Source of the DNA: Alphaproteobacteria bacterium | GTDB taxonomy: Bacteria; Pseudomonadota; Alphaproteobacteria; Bin95 | Reading direction: 5' to 3' | Length of the DNA stretch: 64,000 nucleotides | Assembly: GCA_963665325.3 (NCBI GenBank) | Contig: OZ224045.1 | Coordinates: forward strand, 1,312,001-1,376,000 | Shown: positions 9,817 through 18,800 of the stretch, piece by piece | Numbering within the stretch: the stretch's first letter is position 1 | Layout: each line of letters begins with the position of its first letter | Notes under the pieces: generated by a model | Databases searched by the model: none | The model's input: only the letters and a program-made list of their open reading frames with translations | Told to the model about the DNA's origin: nothing | Position numbers and translations under genes: made by a program

Positions 9817-11001
9817 TTACCCTTGGTCTGTGTTCTTGCTGAGTTGACGACTGATTGTCGATGGCGAGCGGCAAGATACTTCAGCTATGTCGTTTGCAGA
9901 AAAGTTAAGTTCGGGATCACTTTTCATTCCACGGAACAAATCGATAGGACGCCCAAATAGCAGAGCGCGGCGGGCATTGTGTACGCGGGCACTGTTCAGG
10001 GTAGAAAATTGTCTCATCGTCTCTATGAGATTAAGAGGAGCATCCTTGGATAGGGCGACGGCTTTCTTGTATGCTCGGATGATGAGTTCGATTTCGGCGC
10101 CTGTGCACCCTTTCGTGATCCAAGCCATCAGTCGCACATGGTTGTCGGGGGCAGCAACGGGAAAGAGAAAATGGTGCGCAATACCCACACGCATTGAGAA
10201 GTCGGGCTTGGGTATTTCGAGCTGAACTTCGAAGCGACGCCAGACAGCGCGGTCGAGCAAAAGCTCGTGATTTGTAATAGCAATGGTTAAACCAAAGGAC
10301 TGCCGGCCGTCTAGATTTTGAAGAAGAGCGTTCACCACGCGCTTTATCTCGCCAACTTCCTGGGGATCGTCGCGGATCTTGGCAATAGCGTCGAATTCAT
10401 CGAGGAGGAGAACGCATTGGTTGCGATTAGCGAAAGTAAATAGGCTTCTGATATTTCTTGCAGTTGTTCCCAAAAAGGAAGAGACAAGACCATCTAATCG
10501 TACCAAGACGACCGGGAGGGACAGCTTGAAGGCGATCCAAAGTGCAAGCCGGGTTTTCCCGGTCCCCGGGGGGCCGTGAATGAGGCAGGTTCTCGGGGGG
10601 TGGAGGCCGACTTCGGATAGTTGGTCGAAATTGGCCCATTCTTCGATGATAGTGGTGATTGCTGTAGTTACCGCCGGGTTGAACAGAGGGGCATGGGGTT
10701 GGATGTCTTTCGGGAAAACGAGTTCTGCCAGGGGAGCAGAGGTTTCGCGATCAACAGGAACGGGGGTGGTAGGGGTGAGAATCCCATCGGGGGATTGCAG
10801 GCGGGAGCGTGCAAGCTGGCTCGGGGCTACCTCTCGTGTTCGCGCGGCCTCGGTAAGCAGCCTCGTTAGAGTCGCGGCTTGGGTGCTGTTTCCATTTCCC
10901 GCCAAGGCATCGCGCAACCGCTCAATCTGCTTTCTGACCGCAGGAGAGGGGTCTGCCATAGCCGATCGGCAGAGTGCCTGAATGATTGCAAAGTGCTCCA
11001 A
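9817..11001 (-). CDS. ietA: AAA+ ATPase, IetA-like, with C-terminal HTH
   Basis: GPPGTGKT, SSFLGTTARNI, LLLDEFDAIAKIRDDPQEVGEIKRVVNALLQ, LDRAVWRRF; likely TTG start at 11001. Confidence 0.85.
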   Translation of the reverse strand: MEHFAIIQALCRSAMADPSPAVRKQIERLRDALAGNGNSTQAATLTRLLTEAARTREVAPSQLARSRLQSPDGILTPTTPVPVDRETSAPLAELVFPKDIQPHAPLFNPAVTTAITTIIEEWANFDQLSEVGLHPPRTCLIHGPPGTGKTRLALWIAFKLSLPVVLVRLDGLVSSFLGTTARNIRSLFTFANRNQCVLLLDEFDAIAKIRDDPQEVGEIKRVVNALLQNLDGRQSFGLTIAITNHELLLDRAVWRRFEVQLEIPKPDFSMRVGIAHHFLFPVAAPDNHVRLMAWITKGCTGAEIELIIRAYKKAVALSKDAPLNLIETMRQFSTLNSARVHNARRALLFGRPIDLFRGMKSDPELNFSANDIAEVSCRSPSTISRQLSKNTDQG

Positions 11002-11080
11002 ACCTGTCTCCCCCACACTGCAAGACTGGGCGTCTCTCGAAGGGTCGATACTCCAATGTGACCTTCGAAGCAAGGGAAAA

Positions 11081-11120
11081 TTGCATGAAATGCAGAAAAC
11101 TTGCATGAAGTGGAGAATTT
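11081..11120. promoter_or_regulatory. Two imperfect 20-bp direct repeats upstream of ietA
   Basis: TTGCATGAAATGCAGAAAAC followed by TTGCATGAAGTGGAGAATTT. Confidence 0.45.
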
Positions 11121-11216
11121 ATTGCAAATAGGGGTATTTTATCTCATCGCTGGCTGTTTTGGCGCGCTGTGCGGCTGATCTCTCAATCACCCGATCCCTT
11201 GATGGGGTAAGCACGT

Positions 11217-11687
11217 TCAGTTGTATTTCGCCTGATATTTGCGGGTGCGGCTCCAGGCGGCCAGCATCAGGCGCCTGTAGGCGCAGGTTTTCCCGAACGC
11301 GGGACAGGCGTAGCGGGCCATGTCCCGGGCTTCGTCTATGGCATCGCCGCTGCCGGCCGGATCGGCGCCAGCGTCCAGCGCCGCCTCGATGAACGCCGCA
11401 TTGGCGGAGCTGATGGCGTAGTCGAGCGGCTTCCGCCCGTATCCCTCGCAGATTTCGGGATCGGCTCCGGCCTCGAACAGCGCTCGGGCCACCTCCCCGA
11501 CGGCGTTGTCGGCGGCGGCGTAGTGCAACGGCGTGCAACCGCCGGCGTCCCTGGCATCGGGATCCGCGCCAGAGGCTACCAGATCGTCGATTTCGGCGCG
11601 GTCCTCGGCCATGGCGGCAGCGACATGGATGAATTGCGCCCCGTAGCCCAGCCGGAACCGCCCATGCATGCCGTGGGCATAGATCAT
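11217..11687 (-). CDS. Ankyrin repeat protein
   Basis: GADPDARDAGGCTPLHYAA...LFEAGADP...GRKPLDYA...LDAGADP. Confidence 0.85.
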   Translation of the reverse strand: MIYAHGMHGRFRLGYGAQFIHVAAAMAEDRAEIDDLVASGADPDARDAGGCTPLHYAAADNAVGEVARALFEAGADPEICEGYGRKPLDYAISSANAAFIEAALDAGADPAGSGDAIDEARDMARYACPAFGKTCAYRRLMLAAWSRTRKYQAKYN

Positions 11688-11834
11688 GATTGCAGGTCGT
11701 TCGCTGCTTTTCTTCCCGATGCTTCAGGCGGCTTACACCGGAGCAATCGGGAATGCCACGGTCTCGAACCGGGCAGGGGGATCGAGACGGCGGTCTCGAT
11801 ATCCGGGATCGCCCGCGATTCATCCAGCCAGCCG

Positions 11835-12896
11835 TCACGCGGCGTCCTGCGGTTCTTCCGGCTCGCGCTCCAGCAAATCGTCGATCTGGCCGCCGCCGGC
11901 ATGCTGTTCGAGCAGTTTCGCGAATTTCAGCCCGGCCCAGCCTCTCGTGAACGGCCTGCTTTCATTGAACATCGCCATGGTCTGGGCATGGAGCCTGTCC
12001 AGGATCGCGGCCAGGTCCGCTCCGGTCAGCGGGTGGACATCGGTGCGGCCCCGGCAATAGAGCTTGTGCAGCCTGTAGCCGATATGACTCAGTTCGCGGA
12101 TGCCGAAGACGAGGAACTTCGCCCGGTCGCGGTGCCTTTCGTCCAGTCTTCCCGGCGCGTCCTGGAGCCGGAGCCGCACCCGGCCGTCGGTCAGGTCGGC
12201 CTTGCTGACCATGAGGCAATAGACGCGCTTGCGTCCTTTTTCCTTGAGCGCCTTGTCCACATGGCGGACGGCGCTGTCCCATTGTTCCTTGACGGTCTTG
12301 TTGCGCAGTCTTTGCCCCTGGCCTTCCTGCATGGTGACTTCGCCGATCACGGTGAAGCCTTCGTAGTCAGCGCGGACATCGGGCTTGCCCTGCGGCGTGT
12401 GGCCGTAGGGGATGCCGCGCAGCCGGCCTGTCCTGTGCACGCGGCAGGGACACAGCGCGGTCTTCGGATCGCCCAGGCAACTGAGCAGCAGGGCGACGAT
12501 CAGCTCCAGGCCGACCCCCTTGGGATAGAAGCGCTGCTGTTTCTTCAGCAATCCGGTCGCGGGGGCATCCTCGCCGCCGCCCCGGTCGCCTTCACCCTCA
12601 CCCCGGTCGTCCCGGCTGTCTTCGCCATCCTCCGCGAGGGCGGCGTCGCGCGCTGCCGCCTCAAGGGCGGCCTTTTGCTGCTCCTCCTCGTCGAAGGCGG
12701 CCCAGTATTTCTGCGCGGTCTCGTGGTCGAAGCCGATGGCCGGATAGACATAAGCCGCGCTCACGCTGTCGTGGTTGTTGCAGAGCTGGGTCGCCGCGAG
12801 GTCCAGTATGCGGGGATCGACGTCGATCCCGGGATCGGGAAAGCGGATCCGGCCCCTGGACCCGGGGCCGACCAGGACGCGCGCCGTCAGCGTCAT
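11835..12896 (-). CDS. AlwI/Nt.BstNBI-like PD-(D/E)xK nuclease domain protein
   Basis: HTPQGKPDVRADYEGFTVIGEVTMQEGQGQ...QWDSAVRH matches the AlwI-family PD..EVT..Q..RH pattern; ATG at 12896 overlaps the upstream stop (ATGA). Confidence 0.65.
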   Translation of the reverse strand: MTLTARVLVGPGSRGRIRFPDPGIDVDPRILDLAATQLCNNHDSVSAAYVYPAIGFDHETAQKYWAAFDEEEQQKAALEAAARDAALAEDGEDSRDDRGEGEGDRGGGEDAPATGLLKKQQRFYPKGVGLELIVALLLSCLGDPKTALCPCRVHRTGRLRGIPYGHTPQGKPDVRADYEGFTVIGEVTMQEGQGQRLRNKTVKEQWDSAVRHVDKALKEKGRKRVYCLMVSKADLTDGRVRLRLQDAPGRLDERHRDRAKFLVFGIRELSHIGYRLHKLYCRGRTDVHPLTGADLAAILDRLHAQTMAMFNESRPFTRGWAGLKFAKLLEQHAGGGQIDDLLEREPEEPQDAA

Positions 12897-13777
12897 CGCC
12901 CACCCTCCGGCTTCGTCTTCCGCTTCCCGCTCTTGCGGGTTTCGAGCGGGAACAGCCACTGCACACCGCCGGGAAAGCCTTCCGGGACCAGCACGCCGGC
13001 ATCGCAGAGCATGAGCGCGCTCGATTTGGCCGCGGCGATCTGCTCGCCGTTCGGGGAATAGTCCTTCTCCACCCGGTCGGCGGCACCGTCGGCCATGACG
13101 AGGGCGGCATATTCGAGGCCGCCCCCACCGACATCGAGCCCGGCCAGGTCTTCCTCCCGGTCGCCCACGATCGTCCCGGCGAAATCCACGGGCCGGGGGG
13201 CTGCCGGCCACCCGTCCTCGTCCTTCTTCGTCGCGTCCGCCTCCGACAGCCAGAAATGGAAGCGCATGAACTCGGCGAGGCAGAGCGCCGGACGGTAACA
13301 GGCCGACTTCGGGACATCGTCCTGCTCCTTGCCGAGCTTTTCGATCGCCCGGCGCACCTTGCGCAGCCGCCCGGCCACCGCGCGCGCCACGTAATCCCGC
13401 CCGGTGACGCTGTAGCGGCTGCGAACGGCCCGGCGCAACGCCCGCTTGCGCTTCATGCAGCGATAGCCCTCGGGCGTCACCCGGTCCTCACCGTCCACGA
13501 GTTCGAGTTGCCGCAGCTGGACGAGGCAGTCCTCCGCCATCCGGGGCAGGATCTTCGACCAGTCCGGGATCGCCGGATAGCCGTCCTCCTCTGCCGGCGT
13601 CCCGAACAGCCCGAGCCCCTCGAGATGCTCGTCGCTCAGGCCCTCTTCCTCGATCCGGGCCTCCAGCACTTCCAGGGACGTGCGGCCGCGCGGGCGCTCC
13701 GCCGCCAGCGCGTCCAGAGCCGAGGGCAGGAAATACAACTCCTGCTGAAGGCCGGCCAGGAAGAGCAGTTCAGCCAT
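12893..13777 (-). CDS. Hypothetical protein, possible winged-helix DNA-recognition module
   Basis: LVQLRQLELVDGEDRVTPEG is wHTH-like; overlaps both neighbouring genes. Confidence 0.55.
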   Translation of the reverse strand: MAELLFLAGLQQELYFLPSALDALAAERPRGRTSLEVLEARIEEEGLSDEHLEGLGLFGTPAEEDGYPAIPDWSKILPRMAEDCLVQLRQLELVDGEDRVTPEGYRCMKRKRALRRAVRSRYSVTGRDYVARAVAGRLRKVRRAIEKLGKEQDDVPKSACYRPALCLAEFMRFHFWLSEADATKKDEDGWPAAPRPVDFAGTIVGDREEDLAGLDVGGGGLEYAALVMADGAADRVEKDYSPNGEQIAAAKSSALMLCDAGVLVPEGFPGGVQWLFPLETRKSGKRKTKPEGGR

Positions 13778-15722
13778 TGCCGAGCCTCCGGGTCATCTCC
13801 CTTGCCTCCCGCCAGCCCAGGCGGAAGTCGGGCTTGCGCGCGATCGGCCGACCGCTCCGTTCCTCCCAGGGCAGCAGGCCGAGCCAGTGCGCCGGGTGTT
13901 TGCCCCGCGCCAGCGAACGCTTCGGGCGCGTGAAGTTCATGGCGAACCAGGCGGCCCAGAGCTTGAAGCACGCATATTCGGCGTTCACCATCGACTTCGC
14001 GAAGCTGGAACCGGATTCGGCGCGCATGCCCGGCCGGGCGACGGCCTGGGACCGCCGGCGCAGGGCGCCGATCGCGGAGTCCACCGATTGCGGGCTGGCA
14101 TCCTCCAGGAACGCGTCGATCTGCTCGCAGGGCGGCCAGTCCCGGTCCGGTCCCTGCGACAGCCACAGCACGGCAAGGCGCGTATTCTCCCAGCCTGCCC
14201 GCTCGCGCCACCCCCAGCCGCCCCGTTCCGACCAGGCGCCGTGCATGACCTTCCTGAAGAGCTCCGCCTTCGCCCGGGTGAGCCGCCGCGGGTCCCCGCC
14301 TCCCAGGAGGTCGGGGCCGTCCTGCGCGAGTTCCTCCCCGATCCTGTCGCGCCAGGCCTCGCCGAGCCGTTTCGTCTCGGACGTCCAGGTCGGCGCGGAG
14401 GTTTCGGAGAACCTCGCGCGACCCTCGGAGCCTGCGATCTGCACCACCGCGATCTCGGCGCGGCGGATATCGTCGTGCCCGTCCCCGTCACCCCCTTTCG
14501 TGGCGGCGGGGGTCCGCATGTCCCCGGCGAAGACGGCGGCCGCGCTCCGGTATGCCGTGTATTTCCCGTCCAGCGACAGGGTGACCCGGTCGAACCGGGC
14601 GGTCTGCTCCTTCAACACCATGAAATGCGCCAGTTCGGCATATTCCTCGCGCATGAACAGCGCCCCGGCGCCCAGATAGGAGTATTTGTTGCCGCGAAGT
14701 GCGGCGTCCCCGTGGTCGGTGCCGAAGTGGAACAGGTGGTCGAACCGCCGCTCGGCGACGGGAAGACCGCCGTCGGCCATGGCTGCGGCCGGATCCTCCG
14801 GCGGCAGGTTCTCCTTCCCGAAAACCGCGCAGGGATGGGCGCCGAGCACGAAATAGGTGGCGGGCTCGTGGAAGCGAAGCGCCGTCACCAGCACCGGGAG
14901 CCAATGGAAGCGGGGCCGGTAGGCCTTCCTCGGCCTGCGCAGCGAGCCGTACAGCGTGTCGGTGCGCAGCGTGGCGACGCCGTTGAACGGGCTGTCGTCG
15001 GGACCGGGGTCCCTGCCGCCGTTCTCCCGGACGAACAGCCGGCGAAGCTGTTCCGTGCAGTCCCGCGCCATGAGGGCGGCGGCGTTGTAGCTCTGGTAGT
15101 CGCGGACCCGCTGTCCGACATTCCTGACCGCCGCCTCGTAGTGGCTTGCATTGCCGCGCGGATCTTCCTCTTCTTCCAGCTCCTCCAGCGTCTCGCGTAT
15201 CCCCCGGCCCTTGCGCACGTTCCAGAAGATCGTCGCCAGGCGCGCTTCCAGTTCGCCCGGCTCGTCGCGGCCCAGATGCAGGCGCGTGGGGCCGCCCAGG
15301 CTGAAGGTCGTCGTGCATTCCCGGCACCTCGCGCGATCGCGCGCATGCGCCTCGTAGCGGTCGCTGTGCTCGAAGACATTGATGCCTTCGTTTGCGCAGC
15401 CCGGCTTGCCGCACGCGGCGAACGGGATGCTCTGGCGCTTGAACCACACATAGGCCGCCCGCAGCGAGCGGTTCGACAGCAGCCGCGATATCATCCCGCA
15501 GGCCCCGCACCGGTAGCGCCGGTCGGCCAGGAAGCCGCGTGCCGGTTCGACCGTGTAGCGCCCGGCATAGCTCCCGCGGTCGGGCGCCGGCCCGAAATTC
15601 GGGCACATCGGGTTGCGGCAGAAATTGGCGTTAAAGGTGAACCCCGGCCCGATCTCCGGGAACGGGATCGGGTCAAAGGCGCAAAGGTCGGCCTCTGCCA
15701 TGCGCCCGGTTGTTCCCGCCAT
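13770..15722 (-). CDS. Large zinc-finger IS1-like DDE transposase-related protein (copy B, divergent paralogue of 5311-7212)
   Basis: CRNPMCPNFG, CGAC, CGKPGCANEG, CREC; LRTDTL, LSLDGK, SVDSAI; MNFTRP...HPAHWLG tail; G-rich RBS before ATG 15722. Confidence 0.65.
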   Translation of the reverse strand: MAGTTGRMAEADLCAFDPIPFPEIGPGFTFNANFCRNPMCPNFGPAPDRGSYAGRYTVEPARGFLADRRYRCGACGMISRLLSNRSLRAAYVWFKRQSIPFAACGKPGCANEGINVFEHSDRYEAHARDRARCRECTTTFSLGGPTRLHLGRDEPGELEARLATIFWNVRKGRGIRETLEELEEEEDPRGNASHYEAAVRNVGQRVRDYQSYNAAALMARDCTEQLRRLFVRENGGRDPGPDDSPFNGVATLRTDTLYGSLRRPRKAYRPRFHWLPVLVTALRFHEPATYFVLGAHPCAVFGKENLPPEDPAAAMADGGLPVAERRFDHLFHFGTDHGDAALRGNKYSYLGAGALFMREEYAELAHFMVLKEQTARFDRVTLSLDGKYTAYRSAAAVFAGDMRTPAATKGGDGDGHDDIRRAEIAVVQIAGSEGRARFSETSAPTWTSETKRLGEAWRDRIGEELAQDGPDLLGGGDPRRLTRAKAELFRKVMHGAWSERGGWGWRERAGWENTRLAVLWLSQGPDRDWPPCEQIDAFLEDASPQSVDSAIGALRRRSQAVARPGMRAESGSSFAKSMVNAEYACFKLWAAWFAMNFTRPKRSLARGKHPAHWLGLLPWEERSGRPIARKPDFRLGWREAREMTRRLGNG

Positions 15723-15834
15723 CGCTACTCCCCCCTGCGGTTCGCGACCCCGGATCGGAGTCCGGGGTTGGCCGCGAGCCACTCCAGGGTCCGCTCATCG
15801 GCCTTTTCGTCTTTGCATCCGGCACGCCCGCCGT

Positions 15835-18800
15835 TCAGAACCGCGCCGTCAGCCGGATACCGAGACTGTGCTCGGGCTCTGCATTGTCGTTGGCGCTCTC
15901 CTGCCGCCTGGCCTCGAAGGAGAGCTCCAGCGAGCCGATGCCGCCGGGCCGCGGGTCGCGGGCGAACCGCCAGCCCAGGCTGTAGTCCCGCCGGCCTTCG
16001 GACATCCCGAAGCCCAGCTCCGGCGTCGAGGTGAACCGGTCGCCGAACGCCCCGAAGCCGTAGCCGAGCCGCAACTCCAGGCGCCGGCGGTCGAGCTCGT
16101 TGCCCTCGTCGTTGGCCGCGAGGCCCTCCAGCGTGGTGCGGCCGAGCAGCGCGTCCGCGCCGCCCCTCGCCGACAGGCCCATGGTCTGGGTGAGGCTCAG
16201 GCTCGGGCCCCGGTCCGTGCCCGGCGCCGGGTCCCAGCCGAACGACCCCGCGATGCCGCGCTGGCTGAACCCGGCGCTCTCGTGGGTCAGCAGGCCGCGC
16301 CCGCTCACCTCCGCCCGGATCCCGGTCCCCGGGTCCGACCAGGCGAGACCGCCGCCGAGGTCGAGCCCGAACCCGGTCTCCGCGTCGCCGCCGTCATGGC
16401 GCACGCCGGCCTCGAGACGGGGCTCAAGCGTGCCCGTGCCGATGGCGAGGCCCCGCCACGTCCCCTCGAGGCCGAGCCGCAGGCGCGTCACGTCGCCTTG
16501 CGCCGCCGCCAGGTTGCGCGCATCGTCCTTGCTGCCCCGGACCGCCTCCGAGGAGGTCCGCACGGCAAGCGCGTCGGTCTTCACCGCAAGCTCCGGGCCG
16601 CCGCCCGCCGGCGCTTGCACCACCGTCCCGCGCAGGCCCGCCGCCCCCATCATCAGGTCCATGTCGGTCCGGATCGCCGCCCGGGGCGCGCCGTCGTCAT
16701 CCTCCGGCGTCAGCGTCAGCGTGCCCGCGCCGTAGCCCGCCACGCCCCACACCGTCACCCGCTCGCTCAGCGCGTGCCGGCCCCAGGGATAGAGGCCGGT
16801 CAGCGTCGAGGACACCGTCCCCGCGCCCGCCTCGCCGCGGTAGCCGCCTTCGCCGCGGCTGTGCGACAGGATCAGGCCCAGCGTGCTCCGCTCGCGCGCC
16901 CAGTCCGCGCCCAGCAGTCCGCTCGCCACCTCGCCGTCCAGCGTGAGCCCGTCCTCGCGGCCGTCGAAACGCGACACCGCCGCCCGGCCCCACAGCGACA
17001 CCGCGCCGGGCGCGCCGTCCCCGGGCGCCGCGGTCAGCGAGAACGAGCTCCCCAGCAGCAGCGCGCGCTGCGTCACCGTGCGCGTCTCCAGGCCCGGCCG
17101 CTCCTCTTCCTCCGCCGCGCCCCGCAGCCACGCCGCCAGCCGGCGCTGCCCTTCCTCGGCCTCCGCCCCGGTCTCCCGCGCGCGCTTCGCCAGCGCCGCA
17201 TCCGCCCCGAACAGCGGGCCGAGCCCGATCCGCCGGCCCGCAAGGCTCACCTCCGCGCCCGGGGTCCGCGGCGCCCGCATCCGCGACTCCACCGCATCGA
17301 TCACCTGCTCGGCCACCGTGCGCCCGAACCGCGCGAGCCACGCCTGCGGCATCAGGTCGGTGTTCTCGATCGTCCCCGTCGCCTCGCCGTCCGCAATCCG
17401 CGCCCCCGACGGGTTCGAGAGGCGCAGCACCAGCGTCTCGTTGCCCTCGTCGTGCAGGTCGTCGAGCACGGCGACCTCGACGGTCTTCGCCGTCTCGCCC
17501 GCGGCGAAGGTGAGCGTCCCCGACGCGGCCGTGTAGTCCTCGCCCGCCGTCGCGGTCCCGTTCTCGGTCGCGTAGTCGACCGTCACCGTGTCGTGCCGCG
17601 TCCGGTCGAGCGTGACCGCGAACGCGAGCACCGCTCCGGCCGCCTCCTCGACCGTGGCGTCGGCGACGCTGATCGCCACCGGTCCGGGGATCGTCACGCT
17701 GATCCCCGTCTCGAGCTTCCCGCCCGCGGCGGTGCAAAGAGCCCCGGCGGCGGCGCAGTCGGCGGTCGGGTTGAGCGTGACGGCGATCGGCCGGAAGTCA
17801 TGGGGCCGAAGCGCCGAGCGGTAGAGCTTGTTCGTGTCGTCGAGCGGCTTCACGCCCCACTTTGCGGCTCGCGTCATCGTGAGCGACGCCGCCACCGCGT
17901 TTCTGCCTCCGGTGGGCGGCTCGCTGAAGCGTACGTGCAGGTCGAGGCGCGTCTTGCCCTGGTGCTCCTTGGGCACGTTCTCGAATGTGGCGGTGATGGG
18001 AGCCGGCGGCGGCGGCGCCGAGGCCGGTCCCGGGACGGAGAAGCCGATCAGGCTCTCCAGCTTCCGCCCGTCGCTTGTGCAAAGGGCGTTCTCCGCCGTG
18101 CAGTCGGTCGTCGGGAAAAGCGACAGCCGCACGTCGGCGTCTCCGCTTGGTTCGATCTCGACCCGCCGGTGCGCTTCGTCGCCGTTGGCGGCGCCGCCGA
18201 CCACGCGCACGCGCAGGATGGTGCCCCCGCTGATCTGCAGCGCTGCCTTGATGTTGAAGTTCTTCACGTTGGCGGGCGCTTCGCTGAAGCGCAGGAACAC
18301 GTTGAACGCGCTCGCCCCGTCGTGGGTGCCGGGGCCGTCCTCGAACGCTGCGGTGAACGGCCCGGCGTCCTCGCCCTCGACCGTCGCGGTCACCGTCGCA
18401 GAGAGGCCTTCGCCCCCGGCGGTGCAGAGCACGCCCGGGTCGCCGCACGCGCCGCCCGCCTCGACCGTGAGGGTGATGTCGCCGGCGCCGTCCGGGTCGA
18501 CGGTGATCCGCCACTCGTCGGTCTGTCCGTTGACGGAGGTGGCGCTGCCGACCGACCCGCCCGTGACCTTGACGACGTTGTCGCGCACGTCATCCGCGTC
18601 ATTCGCGATGGCCTCGCTCAGCACGATGCGGAAGGTGAACGGCGTCGCGCCGTCATGGCTCCCCGGGACGTCCTCGAAGGCCGCGGTCAGCGCCGCCGCC
18701 TCTTCCTCCTGCGTCGCGCTCTGGAGCGTGCCGGTGCACGCCAGCCACACGTCCTCCTCGGGCTTGCAATTGTGGAGCCCGACGCCCGCGTTGTAGCAGT

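Noticed and set aside
12897-13211. N-terminal extension of the nuclease ORF as given in the ORF track
   Set aside because: Overlaps the 294-aa gene in another frame; the ATGA-coupled start at 12896 is more plausible
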